Positions 29,201-37,714 of a DNA stretch of 64,000 nucleotides are shown in pieces; positions within the stretch are counted from its first letter, which is position 1, and each line of letters begins with the position of its first letter. A program made the translations under genes and the position numbers. Below the pieces are notes generated by a model. The model was not told where the DNA came from and did no database searches. It worked only from the letters and a program-made list of their open reading frames with translations. Source of the stretch: a bacterium (lineage in GTDB: Bacteria; UBA8248); the NCBI GenBank assembly GCA_965199855.1, contig OZ241326.1, positions 448,001 through 512,000 of the forward strand, given 5' to 3'.

Positions 29201-30358
29201 GCCGCCCCCCTCCGTCGAATCGTGCGCGACGTGGATGCCGCGCGCGCCATGCCCCGACGTGGTGATGTCGCCCGAGCTCTCGACCGAGAGGCTCCCGCGG
29301 CCCATCCCCCCGTAGATTTCGACGCCGTGCGATGCCGTGCCCGACGTGGTGATGTCGCCCGAATGCTCGACCGAGACGGCGCGGGCGTCGGCGGCGCCCG
29401 CGTGATGTCTGGCGTCCACGTGAATGCCCTCCGCGTCCGCCGCGCTCGCCGTCCTGATGGTCCCGCTGTTGACGATTCTGTAGAGCCCCAGGCCGTCGGC
29501 GTCCACCTGGATGCCGCGCGCGCTCCCGGCGCTCGTGGCGATGGAGCCCGAGTTCGTGACCGTGGTCGTGGTGTCGGCGGTTCTGTCGTCGCCGCGGCCG
29601 CCGGACCAGTCCAGGACGCGGATGCCGGACTTGAGCCAGCTGGTTCCGCCCGTCTGCGCGGTCGTGATGGAGCCGGAGTTGGTGACCGAGGTGTCGCCCG
29701 AGCCCCTGGCGTCCATCAGGATGCCGAACTCCGTGGAGTGGATCGTCGCCGCGCTCGAGATGCTGTGGTCGCCCGTGTTGTCGCTCTCGATCGTGAGCAC
29801 GAAGACGCCGTATCGCTTCATCGGATTGGAGGCCGTGCCGATGTTCACCCCACTGCCCAGGGTCACCGTCGTCGAGTCGGCGGCCTTGCCGAACTGATGG
29901 ACCTGGACGCCGTGGTTCATCTGGGTGGCGTGCTCGGTGATCGTCACGTCGTTGCTGCCGTCGCCGACCCTGAGCGTGACGGCGCGCGACGCGCTGTCGC
30001 CCGACCCCTGCGCGGCGGTCCGTATGACGATGGCGGCGTTCGTCCAGGAGTTGGGGGGCGCCGGGGCGGAGATCGCCGTCGCCGACCCGCCCGTGACGGT
30101 GAGCGTGACGGGGCCGGCGACGCCGTCGCCCCAGCCGTCGGCCACGTCGTAGCGGATGCCGCTGGCGTATGCCTGGTTCGAGCAGGCGGCCGCGCCCGAG
30201 GCGAGCGCCCCGCACTGGTTCCGGGGGTCGGACGGCGTCTGCGCCCGCGCCGTCCCCGGCGCGAGGAGGAGCGCCGCCGCCAGAAGAGCGGCGGAGAGCG
30301 CGGCGCGCCCGAAACGGCGGAAAAATCCGGTTCTGCCGGGTCGTTCTGGAATGCTCAT
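26255..30358 (-). CDS. Autotransporter (type Va) with beta-helix-like passenger
   Basis: Signal peptide ending ARA-Q; GDITTSG..SHGV/ARGI-type repeats; YEALP linker, GAWAR, C-terminal barrel ending LKVSF. Confidence 0.9.
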   Translation of the reverse strand: MSIPERPGRTGFFRRFGRAALSAALLAAALLLAPGTARAQTPSDPRNQCGALASGAAACSNQAYASGIRYDVADGWGDGVAGPVTLTVTGGSATAISAPAPPNSWTNAAIVIRTAAQGSGDSASRAVTLRVGDGSNDVTITEHATQMNHGVQVHQFGKAADSTTVTLGSGVNIGTASNPMKRYGVFVLTIESDNTGDHSISSAATIHSTEFGILMDARGSGDTSVTNSGSITTAQTGGTSWLKSGIRVLDWSGGRGDDRTADTTTTVTNSGSIATSAGSARGIQVDADGLGLYRIVNSGTIRTASAADAEGIHVDARHHAGAADARAVSVEHSGDITTSGTASHGVEIYGGMGRGSLSVESSGDITTSGHGARGIHVAHDSTEGGGAIRIAATEGEITTAEGGAHGIHVSVGAMNMSGAEIVNAADIDVGAANGIHVWNGGAGDFRIENAGTITALNGVGIFSEDDGAGDVTIVNRGDVTGPGGVWARKEGAGAGDVLVRQEAGEIRGNRLAAIHAEIGRWRNEDSADSPAPENEATARVEVAGGSVKAPESLSRPAVEVINNEGGSAEASVSKGATLTAMHNAGLWAYLSDRRNAKGRIRIEQGGAITALQGVYATVPHANARTGAAADEPLIDVVWTGSFTLPEGRTGGAPANGVAHAIEFAQEFQAGEVMRSAKGLAGIDAEVLSWRILNRVAGAGDDPGEIRSAAQRTALLDIASTDAAVKARAEAIVARFRAVLTDRRLGAIPGRDDIDADGDGAYSDQEIIAYLGESASGRLTILRDVLRRHLSEQEAAVLRALATGGDVDAALEGVTGASDAWKSEVRALRSRFNTGDIRVAVNGGSIDGGGGDGVRAFYGTQHDSNGGIRVTIAEGAIVKGALAGVYVAGAGMDSEGILDQHVMVHGEVTGGSDAAVHLGGGGRLTVYRTGVLVAGSSGRAILVNDPGPAVIIIHGAVRGASGADAAVRLTGGGTVTIGLAGRVEANGADAAIRGDAATTLELRGTSATQQAARAALQRVSGGIRGVSRVRVVEVDEAGRATGFFAEAPVDGDAENSSLFDVSELPVGGFDCSIAQDGRCELYEALPSFLLAMTRTPTFSERMSAPRGADGAWARVEAASGEWTADKAISTRELGYDYDVAGGRAGVDFRGAGAILGLSAHLLRGKAKMSGVGETLVTGIGAGASATWLWGGFHLDVSGQATWFDAEFESSASGALEKDASGKGLAFGVEVGRRSSLMGGRLAVTPTLGLVWSNADLNAFTDSVGSAARVSVEKARSVKARAGFTLEKGEAGRTLFFSAGLVRELSDETSVGIDDVELKTAVQPSAVRLGLGGALPLGRNGTLTLSGHYEASGSEASEYGGSASLKVSF

Positions 30359-30465
30359 GTCATCTCCCAAAGCTTTCGTTGACGGTTGCGTTCATCCGTA
30401 TGCCGTATGCGCGGGAAGGGCGAAGGGCAGGATGATTCGCTCGCAAGCCGGCGTAACGCGAAAAG

Positions 30466-30490
30466 CCCCCCCCCCCCGATGGGGAGGGGG
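30466..30490. repeat. C12 homopolymer within a C-rich/G-rich hairpin upstream of the autotransporter
   Basis: CCCCCCCCCCCC-GAT-GGGGAGGGGG. Confidence 0.7.
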
Positions 30491-30572
30491 AACCGGACGC
30501 GAAATCGACGCCCATTTGCTACCACGACCCGCGCCGCGCGTCAACCGGCGGGGGAGGCGGGGGCTTCGCCTT

Positions 30573-30600
30573 CGCAGGGGCGGGGGCCCCGTGGCCGCCC
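30573..30600 (+). repeat. Degenerate GTAG-type REP unit
   Basis: GCAGGGGCGGGGGCCCCGTGGCCGCCC resembles the unit at 23795. Confidence 0.5.
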
Positions 30601-30667
30601 GAGGCGATGATCGTCCGCCGATCGGGCTCCATCCCGGGGTGACGTGGACGCCCGAGGCGCGTCCCGC

Positions 30668-31135
30668 TCAGGGGTTCTCCCCGCTCCCCGTCCGCCTGAT
30701 GAGCTCCGTGAGGGCGGTCATCGACTCGTCGTGCTGGTGCTTCAGCGCCGCCATCGCCTCCTCGTGCCGCTTCTGGGATTCTTCCCGTTCACCGGCGAGG
30801 GCGGTCATCGACTCGTCGTGCTGACGCTTCAGCGCGGTCATCACCTCCTCGTGCCGCTTCTGGGAAGCCGCCCGCTCCTCGGCGAGAGCGGCCATCGTCT
30901 CTTCGTGTCGTTTTTCCGAGGCCGCCTGCTCCGCGGCGAGCGCCGCCATCACCTCCTCGTGCTGACGCTCGGAGAGCGCCGCGCGCCGCGCGCCGCCGCG
31001 CTCCATGAGGCGAAGGCCGTAGGCGATCAGGGCGACCTGCAAAAGACCGATCGCGTATTGTCCGATGACCCCCCACTTCTGAAACTGGATTGTCGCGTTC
31101 TGAAACTCGATCGTCGCCAGTTCAAATTCCGTCAT
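30668..31135 (-). CDS. Membrane-anchored coiled-coil protein with six HxxxM repeats
   Basis: One TM (WGVIGQYAIGLLQVALIAYGL), then HEEVM/HEETM/HEEVM/HDESM/HEEAM/HDESM repeats; 87-bp internal duplication. Confidence 0.75.
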   Translation of the reverse strand: MTEFELATIEFQNATIQFQKWGVIGQYAIGLLQVALIAYGLRLMERGGARRAALSERQHEEVMAALAAEQAASEKRHEETMAALAEERAASQKRHEEVMTALKRQHDESMTALAGEREESQKRHEEAMAALKHQHDESMTALTELIRRTGSGENP

Positions 31136-31228
31136 CGTCCGTCTCCCCGCTCCCGGTTCGCGCATTCACGCCGGAGGATCCCGCATATCATACGAGATCG
31201 GGAGCGGCGCGGCAACGCCAATCCCCGA

Positions 31229-31388
31229 TGGGGCGCATATATGCGTCCCGCGCTTTTTGGCGTTGAATGCGCGGCGGGTCGTTCCCGAACGCCCCCTACG
31301 GGCGAAATGCGCGAAGGAGGGCCGCGGGGGCGGGATTTCGCAGGGGCGGCCCCTCCTCGGGGACGCCCCGCAACCCGCGAACCGCCCG
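31229..31388. repeat. Small cluster of REP-like units related to the main array
   Basis: GGGCGCATATATGCGTCCC, GGGTCGTTCCCGAACGCCCCCTACGGGCGAAATGCGCGAAGGA (linker shared with 24590-24613), and a composite unit at 31340. Confidence 0.75.
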
Positions 31389-31395
31389 CTCCGCG

Positions 31396-32118
31396 TCAGT
31401 CTTCTCTCGACCTGAATTTTTTGTAGGCGACCGGGATGAGGGAGAGGACGGCGAGTCCCCCCAGGGCGAGGAGCACCCGGGGCGTCAGGACGCTCTCGAC
31501 GGAGAACGCGCCGCCCGCCTCGAAGATGTCGCCCAGGCCCGCCCCCACCGAGGCGAAGACGAAGGAGCCGGGGATGATGCCGATGAGGGTGCCGACGAAA
31601 TAGACGCCGGGGGAGACCCCCAGAAAGGCGGGTGCCAGGTTCACCACGAAGAAGGGGAACAGGGGCACGAGCCGGAGGACGAGCAGGTAGCTCAGCGCGT
31701 TCTTCCGAAAGCCGCGCTCCATCTTCCGAAGCCAGGGCCCGGCCCGCGCGCGCAGGGGGTCGCCCAGCGCCGTCTTCGCCGCCATGAAGAGCAGAAGCGC
31801 GCCGCTCGTCGCGCCGACGACGATGTAGAGCGCCCCCCAGAGGGTTCCGAACAGGAAGCCGCCGGTGATGCTCATCACCGCGCCCCCGGGCAGGGAGAAG
31901 GCCGTGACGGCGGTGTAGGCCAGCACGTAGGCGAGGACGGCGAGCGCCCCGTTCGCGCGCACCCACCCCTGGAGCGCCTCGCGGTTCTCGCGCAGCGCCT
32001 CGAAGGTGAGGTAGCGGTCGAGCCCCGACCAGAAGAACAGGACGAGGACGGCGAGGAGCGCCGCCGGGAGGAGGACGCTCCTGGGCGAGAGTTTTCGCCG
32101 GGCTTTGGTGTCGCTCAT
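31396..32118 (-). CDS. TVP38/TMEM64 (VTT/DedA superfamily) membrane protein
   Basis: SLPGG...GGFLFG, LRLVPLFPFFVVN, GIIPG. Confidence 0.92.
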   Translation of the reverse strand: MSDTKARRKLSPRSVLLPAALLAVLVLFFWSGLDRYLTFEALRENREALQGWVRANGALAVLAYVLAYTAVTAFSLPGGAVMSITGGFLFGTLWGALYIVVGATSGALLLFMAAKTALGDPLRARAGPWLRKMERGFRKNALSYLLVLRLVPLFPFFVVNLAPAFLGVSPGVYFVGTLIGIIPGSFVFASVGAGLGDIFEAGGAFSVESVLTPRVLLALGGLAVLSLIPVAYKKFRSRED

Positions 32119-32267
32119 GCCTGGGCGGCCGCCTTCACGGGGAATCCGGGAGCGCTGGACGGCCGAAATATACGCGGGCGCCGCGCCGCGCGTCAAGCCG
32201 CCGGATTGCCCGCCGCCGCCCGCCTCGGCTATCATCGCGCCTCGGCTGTCCGGGGAGGGCGCGGGCC

Positions 32268-33047
32268 TTGGGTCTCAGAAGGTGGAAGGACAGGATGGTG
32301 GCGCGGCTTTTGACGCGCCGGCCGGGGCTGGTGCGGCGCTGGGCGGGGAGCCGCGACTTCTCCGGCCCGGCCGGCGAGACGCCCTGGACGCCGCTTGCGA
32401 GGCCGCTCGCCGAATGCCGGGTCGCGCTCGTGACGACGGGCGGGGTTCACCTCGAGGCGCAGGCGCCCTTCGACATGGAAAACCCCGACGGCGACCCGAC
32501 GTTCCGCGAGATACCCGCGGACGCCGCGCGCGGGGATTTGACGATCACGCACGATTACTACGATCACCGCAGCGCGGACGCGGACCTGAACGTCGTCCTC
32601 CCCCTGGATCGGCTCGGGGAGCTGGCGGAGGAGGGCGTCATCGGCGGGGTCTCGCCCCTGCACCTGAGCTTCATGGGTCACATCGACGGCGACCTCGCGC
32701 CCCGGCTCATCGAGGAGACGGCGCCCGAGGCGGCGCGGTTGCTCGGGGAGGCGGGGGCGGACGCCGCGCTGCTCGCTCCCGCCTGAGGGCTGTGCCATCG
32801 CTCGGTCGGGCTGATACAGAACGCGGTGGAGAGGGCGGGGACGCCCAGCGTCTCGCTCACCCTGGTGAAGGAGATCACCCTTCAGTTGCGCCCGCCGCGG
32901 GCGGTTTTCCTCCCCTGGCCGCTCGGCCACCCCTTCGGGAAGCCCGGACGCGCCGAGCAGCAGCGCGCCGCGCTCCGCGCCATGCTCGGCCTGCTGGAGA
33001 CGGCGGACGCCCCCGGCGCGCTCATCGAGCCGGATATTCCCTGGTAG
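32268..33047 (+). CDS. PrdB/GrdB-like selenoprotein (in-frame UGA at 32784-32786 read as Sec)
   Basis: TPWTPLARPL..CRVALVTTGG, GDPTFREI, HDYYD...DLNVVLPL, then LLAPA-U-GLCHRSVGLIQ...RPPRAVFLPWPLGHPFG continuing in frame; UxxC motif. Confidence 0.88.
32797..32815 (+). promoter_or_regulatory. Putative bacterial SECIS hairpin
   Basis: ATC-GCTC-GGTC-GGGC-T-GAT stem-loop with a G-led apical loop about 17 nt after the UGA. Confidence 0.6.
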
Positions 33048-33144
33048 GGATTCGCGGGCGCGCCGCCCGGATTTTCCTCGACACGCGCCCCCTTTCGTGG
33101 TTCAATTCCGGAAAACCATTCAAGGCTTGGAGAGGAGATTGCCC

Positions 33145-33738
33145 ATGGACGCGGCCCTCGCCCCCGGCCCGCCCCTCGCCGCGCTCGCGGCGGATTTGGC
33201 GGAGGCTCACGACAGGGGGCTCCGGGGGCGCGACTTCGTTCGCGCGGCGGAGCCGGGCCTCAGGCGCCTGCTGGCCTCGGGCGACTTCCTCCCGCCCGAG
33301 GCGCTGCGGCCCTCGGATTCGGGCTACGCGCGCCATCCGCTCCATCGGGACCCGGAGGGGCGCTTCGTCCTGGCGGCCATGGTCTGGAAGCCCGGCCAGG
33401 GCACCCCGATTCACGACCACGACGGCGCCTGGGGGGCGCTCGGCATGGCGCGCGGCGGGCTGGAGGTGGTGAACTATTTCGCGGACGCCGAGGTAGCCGA
33501 GGGGGAGGTCGCGCTGAGGAGCGACCCGCCCCACGCGCCGACGGCGGGCGGGCCGAACGCGGTTTGCGGCTGCGCGGACATCCATTCGGTGCGCAACCGG
33601 CGCGGCGACCTGGCGGTCTCCATCCACGTCTATCCGCGCGATCTGGAGGCGTGCCACTTCTTCGAGCCGGTGGCGGGGAAGGAGAACCGCTTCCGCGCGC
33701 GCCGGGTCGCCCTCTCCTATTCGGACGACTCCTCCTGA
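33145..33738 (+). CDS. Cysteine/thiol dioxygenase family protein
   Basis: YARH, W.PGQGTPIHDH, IHSVRN, SIHVY three-His cupin motifs; GAGGAG RBS. Confidence 0.88.
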   Translation: MDAALAPGPPLAALAADLAEAHDRGLRGRDFVRAAEPGLRRLLASGDFLPPEALRPSDSGYARHPLHRDPEGRFVLAAMVWKPGQGTPIHDHDGAWGALGMARGGLEVVNYFADAEVAEGEVALRSDPPHAPTAGGPNAVCGCADIHSVRNRRGDLAVSIHVYPRDLEACHFFEPVAGKENRFRARRVALSYSDDSS

Positions 33739-33868
33739 GAGAGTTACGGGAGCGTCGGCGCGCCTTCTCCCGCTCGCGGTGGCGAATTCTCTCCCGTTTG
33801 GCGTATCTTTCGCCGAAAGAGGGGGCGGAATCCCCCGGCGCCGCCTCCCGTTCTCCAAAGAGGTCGAT

Positions 33869-34732
33869 ATGCGCGGCAAGGGCGGCTGGTACGCCGGCTT
33901 CGAGAAGGTCTCGAACTTCCGGATGGCGTTCCGCGAGTGGCGGCCGGCGCGGCGAAATTCGCTTTTGCCCGTGGTCGCGCTGCACGGCTCGCTGAGCCGG
34001 GGCGGCATGTGGAGCGCGACGGCGGAGGGGGCGGGCGCGATTCGCATGATATGCCCGGATCAGAGGGGATACGGCGGGACGGAGGACCCGGGCGGGGGCG
34101 ACGCCGCCGCGGACTTCGCAAGGGACGTCATCGGCCTGGCCGACGCGCTCCTGCTGGATCGCTTCGTCGTGATGGGGCATTCCTTCGCCGGCGCCATCGC
34201 CCTGGCGGCCGCCGCCGCGCGTCCGGAGCGCGTCGCGGCGGCCGTGCTGGTGGACCCGACGACGCCGGGCGGGGCGGACGCCCGCGCGGGCCTGGAGGCG
34301 GCGCGGGCGCGGCCGACGGAGTTCGCCGGCCTGGAGGAGGCGCGCGAGTTCGTCGCCTCCCACGAGGAGGGATACTGGCCGCCCGCGCGGACGAGGCGCT
34401 TCCTCTCGGACGCGCTGATCCTTGAGGGGGCGAACGGCGCCTGCCGGGTTCCCTGCGCGAGGAGCAGGCTTCTCCGGCTGCGCGAGTTCCAGGCCGGCCC
34501 CGCCGCCGACTACGACCCCGTCTTCTGGGCGAAGCGGGCGAAGCGCCCCGCCCTCGTCTTTCGCGGGGAGAAGAGCGCGCGCTTCTCCGCCGAGGCGGAA
34601 GCGTCGCTGATGCGCGCCCTGCCCGAAGGCTCGCGCGCGGTTGCGTGCGCGCGCGCCGGCCATTTTCCCACCGTCTCCCAGCCCTCCCTCGTGGAGCGCG
34701 AACTCAGGAAATTTCTGGCAGCGCTGCGATGA
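33869..34732 (+). CDS. Alpha/beta hydrolase
   Basis: LHG, PDQRGYG, GHSFAG, AGH. Confidence 0.85.
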   Translation: MRGKGGWYAGFEKVSNFRMAFREWRPARRNSLLPVVALHGSLSRGGMWSATAEGAGAIRMICPDQRGYGGTEDPGGGDAAADFARDVIGLADALLLDRFVVMGHSFAGAIALAAAAARPERVAAAVLVDPTTPGGADARAGLEAARARPTEFAGLEEAREFVASHEEGYWPPARTRRFLSDALILEGANGACRVPCARSRLLRLREFQAGPAADYDPVFWAKRAKRPALVFRGEKSARFSAEAEASLMRALPEGSRAVACARAGHFPTVSQPSLVERELRKFLAALR

Positions 34733-36939
34733 ACAGGACGGGCGGCGGCAGGCTTCACATCGAAACCGAACTCAGCCGCGACCTGGGGCTGACCTCCGCG
34801 CTTTCCATCGGCGTCGGGACGATGATAGCGGCGGGCATCTTCACGCTCTCGGGCCTCGCCGTCCGCGATGTGGGCTCCTCCGCCGTCATCGCCTTTTTGC
34901 TGGCCGCGCTCGTCGCCGCGTTCACCGCGCTGACCTACTGCGAGTTCTCCGCCCTCTATCCGGAGTCCGGCGAGGGCTATCTCTACGCGAGGAGAACGTT
35001 TCCACCGCCGCTCGCCTATCTGGTGGGGTGGACGCTGGTGCTGGGCTACGCCTCCTCGTGCGCCTTCTACGTCAGCAGCCTCTCCTCCTACTTCAACGAA
35101 TTCGTATGGCGCTCCCCCTATGAGCAGATATCCGGAACCCTGGGACTCGTCTGCCTCGTCCTGCTCAACATCAAGGGAACGAAGGAGTCGGCCCGCTTTC
35201 AGATCCTCATCACGGCCGGCAAGGTCGTCCTCCTCGTCTGGTTCGTCTTCGGCGGGCTGGGCAGCCTGGACCTGGACGCGCTGGCGGAGAGGATGAGCGC
35301 GGACGTTCCCCGGATCGGCGCGACGGCCGGCCTGGTCTTCATCACCTTTTTCGGCTTCTCGGCCATCGCGGCCTCGGCCGGGGAGGTCGTCAACCCCGTC
35401 AGGACGATCCCCCGCGCCATCTTCCTCTCCATGGCCATCGTGACGGTTCTCTACACCCTGGTGGTATTCGTCATCATCGCCGCGAACCTCACGGAATACA
35501 CGGAGGCGGCCATGGGCCGCGCCGCGCGTCTTTTCCTGGGCCCCGTCGGCGGCATGGTGATCGTCGTGGGCGCGCTTTTCTCGATGATCTCCGCCTCGAA
35601 CGCGTCCATTCTGGCGGGCTCGCGCGTCGTGCTGTCCATGGCGCAGCTGGGGCATCTGCCCTCCGGCATCGCCGCCATCAACCCGAAGACGCGCACGCCC
35701 ATCATCGCCCTCATGCTGGTGGGAGGCGCCATCATCCTCTTCGCGCAGAGCTTCCGCCTGGAGAAGCTGGCGCACTTCGCGGACGCCATTCTCCTGCTGG
35801 CGCTCATCTTCGTGAACGCCGCGCTCATCCTGCACCGCAGGAAGTTCCCGGATCTGCCGAGGCCCTTCCGCGCCCCCCTCGTGCCGCTGCTGCCGCTTCT
35901 GGGAATCGGCGCGAACCTCTATCTGCTCTCGCTGACGCTCCGCCACCCCGAGCCGGCCGTCATGGCCGCCCTGTGGCTGATCGTCGGGATGCTCGGCTTC
36001 CTGGCCTGGAAGGGCGCGCAGGCGGAGGAGGAGCTGCTGCCGGGCGAGCCCGCCCGCGTCGCGCAGGTCAGCATGGAGGGCGGGGAGAGCGACTTCCGCG
36101 TGCTGGTTCCCATCGCCAATCCGACGAACGCGGCGCCCCTGATCGATCTGGCGTCGGCCATCGCCGGGGACAGGGGCGGCGAAATCCTCGCCCTGCGGGT
36201 CGTCTCCCTGCCCGAGCAGTCCCCGCCGAGCCGCGAGGCGTCCTACGTCGAGCGCGAAAGGAGAATTCTGGAGCAGGCCCACGACCGCGCCCGGGCGAAC
36301 GGCGTCAGGCTCCATTCGCTGGTGAGCATCGGCCGTAGCCCGGCGCGCGTCATCCTGGAGACGGCCAGAGAGCGCCATTGCGATCTGATCGTCCTCGGCT
36401 GGAAGGGCTATACCTCCACCGCCAACCGCATCCTGGGCGAGATCGTGGACGACGTGGTCCGCCTCGCGCGGGCGGACATCCTGCTGGTGAAGCTCGTGGG
36501 CGAGATGAGGCTGAAGAACATCCTCCTGCCCACGACCGGGGGCGTCCACGCGCGCCTGGCGGAGCGGTGCGCGGCGCCGATAGCGAGCGCGCATGACGCC
36601 AGGCTCGTCGTATCGACGGTCGTCTCTCCCGAGGACGGGAGCGCGCGCAGGCATTTCGTCGAACAGAGGCTGAGCGAGGCGGTGGGCCGGATCAACGACG
36701 AGAGCGGCGTTCACGTGGAGAGCCGGGTCATCGCGCACAAGTCCGTTTCCGTCGGAATCATCCGGGCGGCGGAAGAATACGACGCCATCGCCATGGGCGC
36801 CGCCGGCGAGAGCTTCTACAGGCAGGTTCTCTTCGGCTCCATCCCCGAGAGCGTGGCGAAGCATACGGACAAGACGGTGATGGTGTATAAGCATTATTCG
36901 CCGGTGAAGGCGCTGGTGGGGCGCGTGATGGAGAGCTAG
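34729..36939 (+). CDS. APC-family amino acid permease fused to two universal stress protein domains
   Basis: GTMIAAGIF, GEGYLY, FFGFSAI..GEV; then VLVPIANP...DLIVLGW and ILLPTTGG...LFGSIPESVA. Confidence 0.92.
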   Translation: MNRTGGGRLHIETELSRDLGLTSALSIGVGTMIAAGIFTLSGLAVRDVGSSAVIAFLLAALVAAFTALTYCEFSALYPESGEGYLYARRTFPPPLAYLVGWTLVLGYASSCAFYVSSLSSYFNEFVWRSPYEQISGTLGLVCLVLLNIKGTKESARFQILITAGKVVLLVWFVFGGLGSLDLDALAERMSADVPRIGATAGLVFITFFGFSAIAASAGEVVNPVRTIPRAIFLSMAIVTVLYTLVVFVIIAANLTEYTEAAMGRAARLFLGPVGGMVIVVGALFSMISASNASILAGSRVVLSMAQLGHLPSGIAAINPKTRTPIIALMLVGGAIILFAQSFRLEKLAHFADAILLLALIFVNAALILHRRKFPDLPRPFRAPLVPLLPLLGIGANLYLLSLTLRHPEPAVMAALWLIVGMLGFLAWKGAQAEEELLPGEPARVAQVSMEGGESDFRVLVPIANPTNAAPLIDLASAIAGDRGGEILALRVVSLPEQSPPSREASYVERERRILEQAHDRARANGVRLHSLVSIGRSPARVILETARERHCDLIVLGWKGYTSTANRILGEIVDDVVRLARADILLVKLVGEMRLKNILLPTTGGVHARLAERCAAPIASAHDARLVVSTVVSPEDGSARRHFVEQRLSEAVGRINDESGVHVESRVIAHKSVSVGIIRAAEEYDAIAMGAAGESFYRQVLFGSIPESVAKHTDKTVMVYKHYSPVKALVGRVMES

Positions 36940-36993
36940 CCGGCGCGCGGAGGCGGCGGGAGCCGCGGGTTTTCAGCATCGGGGAGGCTTCGC

Positions 36994-37713
36994 TTGTCCA
37001 AGATCGCGTCGAGCTCGGCGGAGGCCGTTTCCGACGTTCCCGCCGGCGCGTCGATTCTCATCGGCGGGTTCGGGATATGCGGGATGGCGCACAACCTGTG
37101 CAGGGCGCTCAGCGCGCGCGCGGACGCGGGGAATTTTCATCTGGTCTCGAACGCGGGCGGGGTGGACGGCTGGGGGGTGGGGCTGATGTTCGAGAAGCGG
37201 CAGGTGCGCTCCATCGTCGCCAGCCGCGTGGGCCCCGCCTGCAGGGCGTATGAGGAGCAGGCGCTGAACGGGGAGATCGAGGTGGAGCTCTCGCCCCAGG
37301 GGACGTTCGCGGAGCGGATTCGCGCGGGCGGGGCGGGCCTCGGCGGCTTCTTCACGCCCACGGGGGCGGGCACGGTCGTGGCCGAGGGGAAGGAGACGCG
37401 GATGATCGACGGGCGCGAGCACGTTTTCGAGGCGCCCATCCGGGCGGACTACGCCTTCGTCAAGGCCTGGAAGGGAGACGCGCGCGGAAACCTCGTCTAC
37501 CGGATGAGCGCGCGCAACTTCAACCCCGTCATGGCGACCGCCGCCGGGGTGACCATCGCCGAGGTGGAGGAGATAGCGCCCGTGGGCGACATCGCGCCGG
37601 AGAGCGTGCATACGCCGGGAATTTTCGTGCAGCGGGTCGTCCTGGGCGAGGACCCGGAGAAGCCCGTCGAAATCAGGACGAGCCGGCCCCGAAGCGGGCG
37701 CGGGAGGAGCTGA
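36994..37713 (+). CDS. 3-oxoacid CoA-transferase subunit A
   Basis: GGFGICG, SNAG, PQGTFAERIRAGGAG, ARNFNP, VHTPGIFV; TTG start. Confidence 0.93.
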   Translation: MSKIASSSAEAVSDVPAGASILIGGFGICGMAHNLCRALSARADAGNFHLVSNAGGVDGWGVGLMFEKRQVRSIVASRVGPACRAYEEQALNGEIEVELSPQGTFAERIRAGGAGLGGFFTPTGAGTVVAEGKETRMIDGREHVFEAPIRADYAFVKAWKGDARGNLVYRMSARNFNPVMATAAGVTIAEVEEIAPVGDIAPESVHTPGIFVQRVVLGEDPEKPVEIRTSRPRSGRGRS

Positions 37714-37714
37714 G

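Noticed and set aside
25991-30382. 1463-aa plus-strand ORF, and similar long antisense ORFs (17570-20989 -, 1340-3529 +, 34510-36894 -, 39420-41822 +)
   Set aside because: Shadow ORFs opposite well-supported genes; expected in high-GC DNA, with Arg/Ala/Gly-rich composition and no motifs.
32268-33047. Two separate genes, or a nonsense pseudogene
   Set aside because: The single TGA falls in frame at the UxxC position and has a SECIS-like hairpin, so selenocysteine is the better explanation.
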